A stretch of 64,000 bases of DNA from Myxococcota bacterium (GTDB taxonomy: Bacteria > Myxococcota_A > SURF-8). The notes below the pieces were generated by a model. The model had not been told where the DNA came from, ran no database searches, and saw only the letters and a list, made by a program, of their open reading frames with translations. Where the stretch lies: NCBI GenBank assembly GCA_965140415.1, contig OZ223209.1:4384001-4448000 (forward strand), in the 5' to 3' direction. The position numbers and the translations under genes were made by a program. Positions 1 to 10,045 of the stretch are shown here, piece by piece (the first letter of the stretch is position 1; every line of letters starts with the position of its first letter).

Positions 1-1082
1 AGGTAATTCTCGCTTTGATTGGTGAGTGTCAGAGTCGTGGGTTGCGATTCGCTATAGCTGAATTCACCAAGCTTTCGAAAAGCTCCGCCCACGAGTTTGG
101 TAGAAAGAGAACGGTCTTTCACCTGATCCGGCGCTATCAGCCATTGCAGCGACACAGTAGCGTCTATTGGTCCCGCCGGTGGTTCCGGTTCGGGTTTGCG
201 AGCAGCCTGCTCGGCAAAGGACAAAGGTGCCGCCATTATCCGAGCTAGAACAGATAACGTCACCGGTCCACGCAGCGTAATCGCCAGCGCCTGCCCGGGA
301 GCAAGCATGGAACCGGCAGTATCTTCAGGAAGCGGATCGGGACGTCTGTAGGTCGTCACAAATACCTGTGAAGTGGTGTAATCTACCCCGCTCATACCCA
401 AGGCCGTTAAGCGTTGCCAATCTTTGGACAGCAGCAGCTCGCGCTCCAAAGCGGTCAAATCACGCCAGTCGCTGCGGAAAATCCGTTCCGCCTGTCGGAA
501 CCTCTCCTCCGCCGTCAACGACAATTCCAGGCTGGTAATCTCCAGAATCGAGCGAGGTTGCGTGCGATACGCCCTTACAAACAACGTTGCGTTAGGCCAA
601 CCAAGCAACTCCACCTGCATCGCGCCTTTTTCCTGCGGCACGTCCAAAGGCATATGCACCACCGTCAAGCGGTCATCGGTAATAGGATCGCCTTCGTTAT
701 TGAATGCGCATTCCTTCAACCAGACACCGTCTCTAAGTTCATCCTTGCTTTGCCGCGTTTCCACCCAGTATTCATGCGACCAACTTTCCGTCTCGCCCTG
801 CTCCACAATGGAAATCCGCATACCGTAGGTGTAGGTTTTGTCCGGATCGTAAACCGAATTCTCCGGCAATTTCAAATGAGAAATCAGGCGCACATCACGA
901 TCGGAAGCGAATACGCCTAAAGACAGCGGGTTTTCCGGTGTCACGTCGTAATAGAGGATCGATTTGGCATTCGCCAGTTTCCAGTCCCAGGGATTCTGCC
1001 GTAGCAGATAATCTTTCGCGCCGAAAAGCATGATGGTAATCAGCACCAGCGCGAGCAACAACGGGCCCAGAATGCGCATCAT
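1..1082 (-). CDS. Hypothetical membrane-anchored/exported protein, 3' end truncated by window edge
   Basis: Not in the ORF track because it has no stop in the window. ATG at 1082 overlaps the TGA of the upstream gene (ATGA). Translates MMRILGPLLLALVLITIMLFGAKDYLL... and stays open to position 1. N-terminal hydrophobic helix. Confidence 0.8.
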   Translation of the reverse strand, partial: MMRILGPLLLALVLITIMLFGAKDYLLRQNPWDWKLANAKSILYYDVTPENPLSLGVFASDRDVRLISHLKLPENSVYDPDKTYTYGMRISIVEQGETESWSHEYWVETRQSKDELRDGVWLKECAFNNEGDPITDDRLTVVHMPLDVPQEKGAMQVELLGWPNATLFVRAYRTQPRSILEITSLELSLTAEERFRQAERIFRSDWRDLTALERELLLSKDWQRLTALGMSGVDYTTSQVFVTTYRRPDPLPEDTAGSMLAPGQALAITLRGPVTLSVLARIMAAPLSFAEQAARKPEPEPPAGPIDATVSLQWLIAPDQVKDRSLSTKLVGGAFRKLGEFSYSESQPTTLTLTNQSENY

Positions 1083-4000
1083 GGCAGCACCTCCCCGTTG
1101 CAGACTCCGGCACCCTGGCCATACCGCAGCGTGTTGAGTTCCAACTCACCGGTGGTATTGATTTCCGCATCGCTTGCAGCAGGGCTTTCCATACGAACGA
1201 CACAGCGCGGACCTTGATTGTCCTGCACGAGTAACAAGAAATATTTTCCGCTGCACGAATCACGCAACAGGCTCGGGAGCACGTCTCCCTTCCCTGCCTT
1301 TTCGGATATCGCTTTTAACAGCGAGACGTTTCGCAAGCGGGAAAACTCGTTTGCCAATTCCAGTGTTTCTTTCAATGTCGCGGAAGCCGGTTGTTCAGCG
1401 GGAATTTTTAAAACGTCTTCCATGCTGCTGGAAACCAGCGGATAACCGAGATCGCGAATGGTGGCGACCCAGCGAGCGATTTGCTCGCCGCCTGGCTGCT
1501 GCATTCTCACCTCCGCATTCACCCACAGTACCGCCGCCGATTGCGGGTCCAGCGATGCGGAATAGCGCAGTTGCAGATCATCCACGCCCTTCAATCCAAG
1601 CTGGTATTTGTCTCCCGCATACAACTGCCATTTCAAGCCCTCCAGATCCAGATCGTGCAGCAGATCGTTCATCATCATCGAACGCGGCGAGCGCTCCGGC
1701 AGATCCATGGCAGCGGAAATCAACACGTCTTCATCAATCGGTCTGACTTTCGAAATGCCGCGAACGATCAGCACCCATGGCGTAGTCGCGCCCGGCTTAA
1801 CGGGATAGGCTGCCCGATGCGCGGCATGGAATGGATTGACGACATTCTCCAACCTCGTGATGTCCGCCAGCCCGTCGCGTCGCGCCTGTAAATCCGCCGT
1901 AGCGACATACAAAGCCGACGCATTCAAGCGTCCATACAGATCCATGGCCATCTCGGCCACTCCGGTTTCCAGTAGCGGTCTGGGAACTTCGATGGTCCAG
2001 CGAGACGATCCCGCGCGGAACAGGTAGGCTCCCCAATGTCTCTCGCCATGCGCTTCATGCAACAGCACTTCGAATCCCTTGCGCCCTTCCGAGCGAAAGA
2101 GGGACAGCTCATAACCCAATACCGAAGCACGCTGCTTGATCAAGGTCAAGCTCAGCCGCATATCGGTCTCACTGCGCTTATAGTTCAGTAGTTCACGCCG
2201 CAGCGGTCGAATGATCGCGTTTTCCAAGTAGGTCATCTCAATCGGCATCGGCGTTCGATACGCTTCCGAGTATGGCGGTGCAATCGCCTCTTCGTCGGAG
2301 TCGAGCAACTCGCGCAACGTCGCCAGGCCGGATTGCGACTGCTCCTGCTCGCTCGGCTCGCTTGTCGGCCATAGGTTAAGCAATTCCTGTTCGTTCAACA
2401 CCAGTTCCATAAACTCGATATCCGCGCGGTTTCTGGCCGGATTCTTTTTCTCGTACGGATCGAAACGAATGCTGTAGGTTGGAAAACGATTTTTCAACTC
2501 CGTAAGCGGCATGGCCTCCGGAACACGCTGCTGCACGTAGGCGACCGTCGGTCCCGGACTCGTGCGAATCTGCACGACGGCCTGTTTTGCGAGCAGTTCG
2601 TGTGCAACGGAAAATGGCGATCCCACCGCATGCAGCACCGACCGTTCACGAGGACGGAAAGAGCGCCAGCCGTTTACGAGCAACCCGCAGGCATGCACGG
2701 AAGGGAATATCGCCAGCGCGGCGTCCAGAGCCGCCGCTTCTTCATAAGGATACGGCACTTCAAGCAACACCCCGTCTTTGCAGCCGGGAACGAACACAAC
2801 GGTGCCCCAGCCTTGCAATTGATGCAGCGGACTGTCCAGCGGCTCGCGCAATACGATCAAGGTGGTTTCCGGATCGTCCGGAAGTTGCGTTCGAACAACT
2901 TCCAGGTGCAGGCGCTTCAAGTCTTCGGTAAAGCTCTCATCCAGAAATTGGTTTCCGCGTACGATATTCTTGTTCAATACCAGGTTACGCACTCCGGCCA
3001 ATACTCGCTGATAGCGCAGTCTGGCCGCAGCCGAGGTGGGACGGAAATCCTCCGGCAATACTGCAAAGGTCTGCACGGAGGCCAGATGTAGTTGCAGCGG
3101 GTCCGCATCGAGCAATTGCGATTCGGCATGCGCAACCGAGGACTCGGCCACACCTTCAGCCACAAAGAGCTTATCCACCTGAAACAGAGCCAAGCCGACG
3201 ATGTTTCCGAAAATGAACGCCAGAAACGAAGTCAATAAAGTCGGACCGATCACCAGCGACCAACTGCGGCGCTCCCAGATATTCAACGCAACCAGACTGG
3301 GCAGCAAATAACCGAAGCCGAACAGATCGGATACGCGAAAACCGGGAGCAGTTTCGGTAAAATAGTACCCGAGCATGAACTTCAATCCCAGCCCTACCGT
3401 AAAAATCAGAATCAGTCGCCTGGAACCTTCCAGATTGCTGCGCATGAAAATCGGCAGCGAGGCGATCATCCAGGCGATTCCAGCCACCAAAGAAGCTTCG
3501 ACCAGCGTGGCTGCAACCTTTATCGGCATGTACCAGGCCACGGCCAACAGGGCCGGAATCATGATGCCGTTGAAATCCCAGCCCAGTTTCAAATTGAAAC
3601 GAGCCGCCAGCATCATACCGACGATCAGTGTAATGTAAATTTTTGGAGAGCTGGCAAAGTCCAGCGCCAGATCCTGGAAAGTCAATTCGAAGTTTGCAAT
3701 GGAAAAATTCGTATTGGGAATCAGCAGATATACCAGAATCAAATAGGTCAAAACGACCGGCGTTCCCACCTGTATCGCTCCACGCACGAATCCTGGCTTC
3801 CACATCGCGTGCGCCGTCAGCGGAACGATGACCAGGCCGATTCCGTATAGATGGCTCACCGCCTCCAGCGGCAGACCGAAAAGCTGCACGGTCCAGTCCG
3901 AAAGCGACTGGAAAAACCACGCCTCATAAAACAGGCGCACCAATAGACTGATAATGAAAAAGGCCAGAAAACGATCGCGACCGAACAAGCTGTGCCACCA

Positions 4001-4252
4001 ACCGAACCGGCTCAATAGTTCCGATAAGGTGTAAACCACCACATAGGTGGTTACGATTTCCATGCAGATCACCAAACCGGCTTGCGGCGCAATGACAAAA
4101 ACCGAAGCCAGGTATCCGCTAACCACCAGACCGGCAAAACTCCAGCCCAGCGACTCGGTGAAGAAGGCATGGATCAGCAACCCGATATAAATCGGAATCA
4201 GAATCGAGTTATCCAGCCCCCGAGAGGGGAAAATGGCAAGAACGTCTTCCAC
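1079..4252 (-). CDS. Large membrane protein: tandem CapC/PgsC-like repeats plus two extracytoplasmic hydrolase-like domains
   Basis: 1057 aa, GTG start. Polytopic N-terminal ~360 aa with two CapC-like motif sets (FAGLVVSGYLA..GRDRF..GIGLVIVP; FNGIMIPALLA..GSRRL..GFGYLLPSLVA). Soluble C-terminus contains an internal duplication. Confidence 0.7.
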   Translation of the reverse strand: MEDVLAIFPSRGLDNSILIPIYIGLLIHAFFTESLGWSFAGLVVSGYLASVFVIAPQAGLVICMEIVTTYVVVYTLSELLSRFGWWHSLFGRDRFLAFFIISLLVRLFYEAWFFQSLSDWTVQLFGLPLEAVSHLYGIGLVIVPLTAHAMWKPGFVRGAIQVGTPVVLTYLILVYLLIPNTNFSIANFELTFQDLALDFASSPKIYITLIVGMMLAARFNLKLGWDFNGIMIPALLAVAWYMPIKVAATLVEASLVAGIAWMIASLPIFMRSNLEGSRRLILIFTVGLGLKFMLGYYFTETAPGFRVSDLFGFGYLLPSLVALNIWERRSWSLVIGPTLLTSFLAFIFGNIVGLALFQVDKLFVAEGVAESSVAHAESQLLDADPLQLHLASVQTFAVLPEDFRPTSAAARLRYQRVLAGVRNLVLNKNIVRGNQFLDESFTEDLKRLHLEVVRTQLPDDPETTLIVLREPLDSPLHQLQGWGTVVFVPGCKDGVLLEVPYPYEEAAALDAALAIFPSVHACGLLVNGWRSFRPRERSVLHAVGSPFSVAHELLAKQAVVQIRTSPGPTVAYVQQRVPEAMPLTELKNRFPTYSIRFDPYEKKNPARNRADIEFMELVLNEQELLNLWPTSEPSEQEQSQSGLATLRELLDSDEEAIAPPYSEAYRTPMPIEMTYLENAIIRPLRRELLNYKRSETDMRLSLTLIKQRASVLGYELSLFRSEGRKGFEVLLHEAHGERHWGAYLFRAGSSRWTIEVPRPLLETGVAEMAMDLYGRLNASALYVATADLQARRDGLADITRLENVVNPFHAAHRAAYPVKPGATTPWVLIVRGISKVRPIDEDVLISAAMDLPERSPRSMMMNDLLHDLDLEGLKWQLYAGDKYQLGLKGVDDLQLRYSASLDPQSAAVLWVNAEVRMQQPGGEQIARWVATIRDLGYPLVSSSMEDVLKIPAEQPASATLKETLELANEFSRLRNVSLLKAISEKAGKGDVLPSLLRDSCSGKYFLLLVQDNQGPRCVVRMESPAASDAEINTTGELELNTLRYGQGAGVCNGEVLP

Positions 4253-4258
4253 CCGCGC

Positions 4259-6301
4259 CTACTCCCCTTCTTCCTTTACGGCTTCCATTTCAGCAGATGA
4301 ATCCGCACGCTGCCCGGAATCCAGTTGCGCCAGCAACAAGAATCCCTCCGGCAAAGGCACGCCGCGCTCGCCGACGCGATACAGCAAACGAACCACAAAA
4401 CGATAGCCATGAGAATGAAACACGTTTTCGGCTCGCTGCTGATGCAGGCGGAACATCCAATCCCCCTGTGCACCATCGGGAACGGCTTTGAGCTTGTGCA
4501 GGAAATCCGACAGCGAATTGAAATCCTCGCGCCTGAAACCACACCAGTCCAGAATATCCTTCATGGGCCGGTTGTAATGCAGCAGGCGGCCAAACATATC
4601 GGTAAAGGCAACACCCTCATTCAGTCCGTCCAGTACCGAATGCAGAATCACTTTCTCTTCTACCAAATTGCCGAAAATCCGGTCGATGTCGTCCAGTTGT
4701 TTTTGCATGCGATCGCCGGATAGACGCTCGCGCATCGAACTCATTTCCTTGCGAACCTGATTAGCGCGGCTGTAATACAGCAGCCTCGCCACCTGCTGGC
4801 CGATGGTCATCAGTAATGGCGCGCGCTCGTTTTTCGTTGTTGCATCGAAACTGATGACCCAGAATCCGACAAACTGAGACGGGTAGAACAACGGCACCAG
4901 ATACGTCACCAGGGATTCATCCTGCATGTAGCTCTCGGTCTTTTCCACATACGAGCGTGTAATGGCCGAGGCATAGGGCGCTCGCGCAATATCGCGCCGC
5001 CGTTCCTGGATCGCACTCTCATCCATGCCGTAGAACCGCTTGAATTGAACCTTTCCATCCTGAGAACCGGGCAATGCCAGCGCCATATTTTCCGGCTGCA
5101 AATGAACCGAGGCAAATCCGATCAGGCGCTGCCAGATATCATCCAGCTTGATTTCGCGCGTGTCGGTGGATACCGGGCGCAACGTCAACTCCCAGGTAGA
5201 CGTATTGGCAATCTCACGAGTTCGCGACTGTAACCATCTGGATTTACGTTCGAAGGAAACCAGCAGCGTCAATCCCACCCCTAATGCCATACCGGAAATC
5301 GGCAACAGGATATTCAAGAATAACAAGGCGCAGATGGAACCCACTAGCAAAATGCTCGACCACAGAATTCCCAGCAGCAGGTTGAAGCGCATCGTCGTGC
5401 GCAAAAGAAACAACCAGAACACCAGCACCACAAGCGATAAAATCAATAAAGTCTGCCACACCAGCAGTTTTACAATGCCATTGCCTTCCAATAGCGTAAT
5501 CAAGGCGTTGGCATGGAATTCCGCTTCACTCATCGGATGCGTCAGATCGGAAACGGGCACCGCGACGAAGCGAGTCAGATCGGGCAGATCCAGCCCGATC
5601 ACCACAAAGCGATCCTTTAAAAATTCTTCCGGCGCCGCGCCCTGCACGACATCCGCAACGGACAGATTGGAAATGCTGTTGACGGGTCCGGCGAAATTCA
5701 CGTAAACGCGTTTTTTATCCACCGGTCTTTTAACGACGTCATACTCCCAGGCATATCCTGAGAATCGTCGGTCCGGATAGCGGTCGTAAAGATGGCGCAC
5801 GATGCCGTCTTTATCCGGCAAGGTCACCTGAATCGGAATATCATTTTCATTTTTGCCTGTGCCAACATTCGGCAGTAGCAGCCAGGGTCGATGCTCGTTT
5901 GAAGGATCGGCCAGCACCATCGATGCACTCGAAGCCAAAATCACCCGTTTCGGTCCCATACTGCCGATGGCATCGAAGACCTGATCCGCCGCTTTTCTGC
6001 TCCAGGGAAGCGGTCCAACTTTTTGCACGGTAGCCGCATCGATGCGCAAAAACACGACATCATCGGAAACGGTACGCGCACCACGCAAATACATGACGGT
6101 ATCGCCGAAACGTAAATCGACGGACTGACCGAACCCGGCAGCGTAATACAACAGCACCGCAACCAACACTGCTACAAGTAGTAAAGCAGTTCTAAACATG
6201 ATCCTTCCAATCCAATCCCGGAAGAAGATAACGAAAAAAAATACTTTCCTTATACCTCTCCCGGCTCGACCATCACCCGCCGCTTTGGACGAAACCGACA
6301 A
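4259..6301 (-). CDS. CHASE2-domain membrane sensor with GAF-like and PAS-like regions, no catalytic output (likely start ATG 6199)
   Basis: CHASE2 motifs (VVFLRIDAATV..GPLPWSR, PDKDGIVR, KDRFVVIG, MSEAEFHANAL), three TM helices, C-terminal PAS-like segment (LDGLNEGVAFTDMFGRLLHYN). Confidence 0.75.
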   Translation of the reverse strand: MSVSSKAAGDGRAGRGIRKVFFFVIFFRDWIGRIMFRTALLLVAVLVAVLLYYAAGFGQSVDLRFGDTVMYLRGARTVSDDVVFLRIDAATVQKVGPLPWSRKAADQVFDAIGSMGPKRVILASSASMVLADPSNEHRPWLLLPNVGTGKNENDIPIQVTLPDKDGIVRHLYDRYPDRRFSGYAWEYDVVKRPVDKKRVYVNFAGPVNSISNLSVADVVQGAAPEEFLKDRFVVIGLDLPDLTRFVAVPVSDLTHPMSEAEFHANALITLLEGNGIVKLLVWQTLLILSLVVLVFWLFLLRTTMRFNLLLGILWSSILLVGSICALLFLNILLPISGMALGVGLTLLVSFERKSRWLQSRTREIANTSTWELTLRPVSTDTREIKLDDIWQRLIGFASVHLQPENMALALPGSQDGKVQFKRFYGMDESAIQERRRDIARAPYASAITRSYVEKTESYMQDESLVTYLVPLFYPSQFVGFWVISFDATTKNERAPLLMTIGQQVARLLYYSRANQVRKEMSSMRERLSGDRMQKQLDDIDRIFGNLVEEKVILHSVLDGLNEGVAFTDMFGRLLHYNRPMKDILDWCGFRREDFNSLSDFLHKLKAVPDGAQGDWMFRLHQQRAENVFHSHGYRFVVRLLYRVGERGVPLPEGFLLLAQLDSGQRADSSAEMEAVKEEGE

Positions 6302-8053
6302 TCAAGGAATCAAATCCATCCACTCACTAAATACCGGCACCCCCCACCCACACGCGAAATCCCAACCGGGTGTGGTTTCTCCTGCAAAACCGGGGATGAT
6401 GGTTTCCGTAATATCGAAAAAAGTCGCCTGTAACGCTTCGTTTTCGTACAATGCCCGGTTCAACCAGCCGAGTTGCCCTTTTTCGCTGCGAGCCTGATTC
6501 AAACATCCGACCCAGCCTGCCAGCATCGGAGCCGCCAGCGACGTTCCCCCGGTAGGGAACCACTCCTCCTGGTGAACGACAAAGATGGAGGTGCTCTCCA
6601 ATGTCGGCGTACAATGCAACGCCAGATCGGGAATGGCGCGACGATCCGACTCGGGATCGACGGCAAACTGCCAATAGGGTTTGGCAAACAAGGCACTGCG
6701 TCCACGTCCGCCGAAGAGCGGATCGAGTTCCGCTTTGCGCCCGCCCTGCTCGTCCAGTTGCAACAGACTCGCTCCCACAGCCGTTACCCAGGGAGCGTTG
6801 GCCGGATTATCCACGTTGGTGGAATCGCCGCTGGCGGCCAAAAAGGTAATCCCCTGTGCCGCCGCGATTCGTCCTTCCGTATTCTGAAACTGCTGCAACT
6901 CCCAGGCGGTAATGACTTCCTGGTGAGAAAACGAGTAGGAAATAATGTTGCATCGTCCACGACCGATGGCCTCGTTGATGGCCCATGTCAACGAGAAATC
7001 CGTGTTGTCGTTGGCCAGATACACCAGAATATCGGAATCCGGAGCGGTAATACCGACCATCTGCACATCGACCGTGGTTTCGTTGGAAAAGCGTCTCGGA
7101 GGAACATCTGTATAGATGTACTCCGTCTCTCCGCTTCGCTCCGTTCCCATCAAACGCCAATAGCTGGTCACATCCGCCCGGCGCGCCTCCCAACCACCAA
7201 TCACGCAGATCTGCTGCCCGCGCCCGGTGAAGTTTCCTTCGTACAGGGTGTCCATGTCGTATACATTTCCGATTTGCTCCGGCGTGATCCCCAGTTCCGG
7301 GAACGGCTCGTCAATCGGCTCTGTGGTGTCGTCGATCGGATCGATTAGTTCAGGCTGATCCCGAATCGCCAGCACGGCATCGATGCTCCCTTCCAACCAG
7401 CTCGGAACGGTGAATGGCTTCTCTACTGCAAAATCCTTGCGCTCCACGCGCACGATGCGATGAACTTCCGTATCGAAAGCCCGTTCGACATCGGCAATGG
7501 TTCCTTTAACCAATAATAGCAAGCGATTGGTGGCCAGCTGATCCAGTTTCAAACCATTACGATCCAGATAAGCGATCAGTTCCGCAATTTTCTTCGGATC
7601 GGGAGCATGCATGGCGGTGAAGCCGCTGGCAGAGAAAAACTGCAAGTACTCCGGCAACTCCGGCGTATAAACCAGTTCGAGCCAGTCCTGCAAATCCCCC
7701 GAGCGTTGCAACGGTAAAGACATCAGCACGCGCACCTCATCCTCGCTCGTGGCCTTTCCCTTATCGATGACATCCTGCGTAAAACGCCATAAGCCGTCGC
7801 GCACTTCAATGCGTACGTCCCCATCATCGGGTAGATCATCGGCTGTAAGCTGCGGAATTTCCTCCAGTTGCACCTCCGCCGGTTCACTTATGCGTTCTCC
7901 CGTTTCAGGATTCACGATAATCCGCGCGGCAGGGCTGCTCGGATAAGGAACCGGTGCATCGTCCTTGCAAGCCAGGACCATCATAGCCGCTATCAGCACG
8001 AAAATAATTATCTCTATGCAGCGCCCCATAAAGCTACCTGACTCCTTCAACAA
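6302..8053 (-). CDS. S53 family (sedolisin/kumamolisin) serine-carboxyl peptidase, lipoprotein
   Basis: Pro-domain (GTIADVERAF), catalytic ETTVD, AASGDS oxyanion motif, GGTSLAAP nucleophile, C-terminal GWDFACGWG Ca-site; lipobox-like VLAC. Confidence 0.9.
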   Translation of the reverse strand: MLKESGSFMGRCIEIIIFVLIAAMMVLACKDDAPVPYPSSPAARIIVNPETGERISEPAEVQLEEIPQLTADDLPDDGDVRIEVRDGLWRFTQDVIDKGKATSEDEVRVLMSLPLQRSGDLQDWLELVYTPELPEYLQFFSASGFTAMHAPDPKKIAELIAYLDRNGLKLDQLATNRLLLLVKGTIADVERAFDTEVHRIVRVERKDFAVEKPFTVPSWLEGSIDAVLAIRDQPELIDPIDDTTEPIDEPFPELGITPEQIGNVYDMDTLYEGNFTGRGQQICVIGGWEARRADVTSYWRLMGTERSGETEYIYTDVPPRRFSNETTVDVQMVGITAPDSDILVYLANDNTDFSLTWAINEAIGRGRCNIISYSFSHQEVITAWELQQFQNTEGRIAAAQGITFLAASGDSTNVDNPANAPWVTAVGASLLQLDEQGGRKAELDPLFGGRGRSALFAKPYWQFAVDPESDRRAIPDLALHCTPTLESTSIFVVHQEEWFPTGGTSLAAPMLAGWVGCLNQARSEKGQLGWLNRALYENEALQATFFDITETIIPGFAGETTPGWDFACGWGVPVFSEWMDLIP

Positions 8054-8077
8054 TCACCCGGATTCAGATCCGAGTTC

Positions 8078-8962
8078 CTAATATTCACAGCAGCGAAAAC
8101 CGATCCGTGGTCCGGAAAGGTCGCGATAGGTATCCGCTCCGAAATCGTAATCGCAGCGAAGCACATCCTCCACATTGGCGAAACTACCGCCGCGTATCCG
8201 ACAAGCACCCAACTCCCCGGCGCCGGTACTGCAAACCCCAGTCCATTCGATAACGTTGCCGCTCATATCCCACAGATGCTCTTTGCCTCCTTCGCAGGAG
8301 GTGAACGCGCCAACCGGAGAAGGCGCTTCCACACCCATCGAAAAGCCATTGCAGGCGAATGGATCGAATTCGTCCCCGTAAGGGTAGTTTAAACGTCGAT
8401 TGTTCGAGCAGGCGAGATACCACATATCTTCTTCCGGCTCTTCCCATTCTCCCTTGCATAGTTCTTTACCGGCCCACTGGCAATACGCCTGGGCATCGCA
8501 CCAGTCCACACAGGTTGCCGGACGATCCCCGCGTTCTCCCTCCGGCCAGTCGCAAGTCGGCTCGAAGGTTTCTTTCCAGGAACAATGCTCACTGAGCGGA
8601 TCGATCTGGGGAGAGCTTTGCAGAAAGGCACGATACTGATCGCGTGTCACTTCCGTCGCATCGATGCTGAAAAACCCGAAGTCGATCATGCGCCCGATAT
8701 CTTCCGACGGAGGGTAATAGTAATCCTCCGGTTCATCCGGACAACCGGCCATACCGAAAGTCAGAACCAACACGGCAACGCCAATCAAGACGCGCCAACA
8801 CCAACTCTTGATTCTGCCGATTCCGCAATCCACTTTTACACGTGCGCTATCCACACGTCGCCCCTTTTGAAAATGGCCTACCCGTAAACGGGTCTGACTC
8901 AAAGTCAAGGCTAACTTCTCAGAATGATTTTCCAATCCTAATCCACCACTACTCCCTAGCAC
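8078..8962 (-). CDS. Formylglycine-generating-enzyme (SUMF1/EgtB/PvdO) domain lipoprotein; true start probably downstream of 8962
   Basis: FSIDATEVT, P-x-x-C-VDWCDAQAYCQWAGK, YPYG, DMSGNVIEW, RGGSF, IGFRCC; lipobox MAGC. Confidence 0.85.
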   Translation of the reverse strand: MLGSSGGLGLENHSEKLALTLSQTRLRVGHFQKGRRVDSARVKVDCGIGRIKSWCWRVLIGVAVLVLTFGMAGCPDEPEDYYYPPSEDIGRMIDFGFFSIDATEVTRDQYRAFLQSSPQIDPLSEHCSWKETFEPTCDWPEGERGDRPATCVDWCDAQAYCQWAGKELCKGEWEEPEEDMWYLACSNNRRLNYPYGDEFDPFACNGFSMGVEAPSPVGAFTSCEGGKEHLWDMSGNVIEWTGVCSTGAGELGACRIRGGSFANVEDVLRCDYDFGADTYRDLSGPRIGFRCCEY

Positions 8963-9349
8963 CGGTAAGGCAAAAAGTCAAGTTATTTCTTATATTTCTA
9001 TAACTTCTACAATAAGTTTCCGTTCTCGAATCCTGCCTACACCCACAACCTTCCGGAAATTGATTTTTACCTGCATTTACTACGACTTTCGGTCGGTGAA
9101 ACCGATGCACCCCGAAAATTGCACATGATATCCATTCTTAATTATCGGCCATTATACCAGATTCATTACCTAATTTTATAGGAAGGAGGGTCGGTTTTGC
9201 CAACTGTGACCAGGGAAACACAACGAAAGAAGGGTTTTTTCACGAATTCTACCATCAGCTAGTACTCCACGTTACAAATCAGATAAGCCAATGGCCACAT
9301 CGCGCAGGCCGCGCTTTTTTGAACCACTACTTAAAAACAGGAGGGATAA

Positions 9350-10045
9350 TCACAGACCTACAATACCGTCGATGCCAAAGCTGACCATGAAAATCTTGGT
9401 ATTGTGCTCGATTCCATCGGTCTTGAAAGGGGTATATTGGAACGACACTTCGGCATTGAATCCCAGATGTGCGCTGCGCAGCATCAATCCCACGGCAGGC
9501 TGCACGTTCCAGGTGTGCGCATTCTTGAATTGCTTGCCGATATTCGTATCTTCGCTGTTTACATTAATGAAGGTATACCCTGCGCTTGCACGCAAGTACG
9601 GGGTAATGACGTTGCTCGGATAAAGGAAACGGAATCCACCGTTTGCATTGATCTGATAGAACTTGGTGGTGGAAATAGCCAGTTCATCATCTTCACCGGC
9701 ATCATTCAGGAATAAAGCCTGAAATTCCGGAACGATGCAAATGGTCATCCAGGAAACCGGAAAATACTCGATTACGCCTTTAACGCCACCGCTGATGGCC
9801 AGTGGTTTCGTACTTTCCACTTTCTTATTCGCCGAATCCGTCGCCTCCGAATAAAAAGCGCCATCGATGATGTAACTTCCCATCAGGCTGAACAGAAATT
9901 CGTTTCCATTCGCATAGTCGACCTTCTCCGCTTCCTCCAGGCCCACTCCATCCGAAGCTTCCGCCCCGTTTTGCTCGTCCTGAGCATAGGCGAAAGAACT
10001 CAGCAACAGACATAAGAACGCAGCCATGAGAAGTTGCTTCAGCAT
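9350..10045 (-). CDS. Outer-membrane beta-barrel protein (OmpA-like 8-stranded)
   Basis: Signal peptide (AYA/Q), alternating amphipathic strands, PYLRASAGY motif; RBS GAGGAGG. Confidence 0.7.
   Translation of the reverse strand: MLKQLLMAAFLCLLLSSFAYAQDEQNGAEASDGVGLEEAEKVDYANGNEFLFSLMGSYIIDGAFYSEATDSANKKVESTKPLAISGGVKGVIEYFPVSWMTICIVPEFQALFLNDAGEDDELAISTTKFYQINANGGFRFLYPSNVITPYLRASAGYTFINVNSEDTNIGKQFKNAHTWNVQPAVGLMLRSAHLGFNAEVSFQYTPFKTDGIEHNTKIFMVSFGIDGIVGL

Noticed and set aside
1079-4252. Canonical capBCA poly-gamma-glutamate operon
   Set aside because: No CapB ligase or CapA in the window, and the protein is about seven times longer than CapC.
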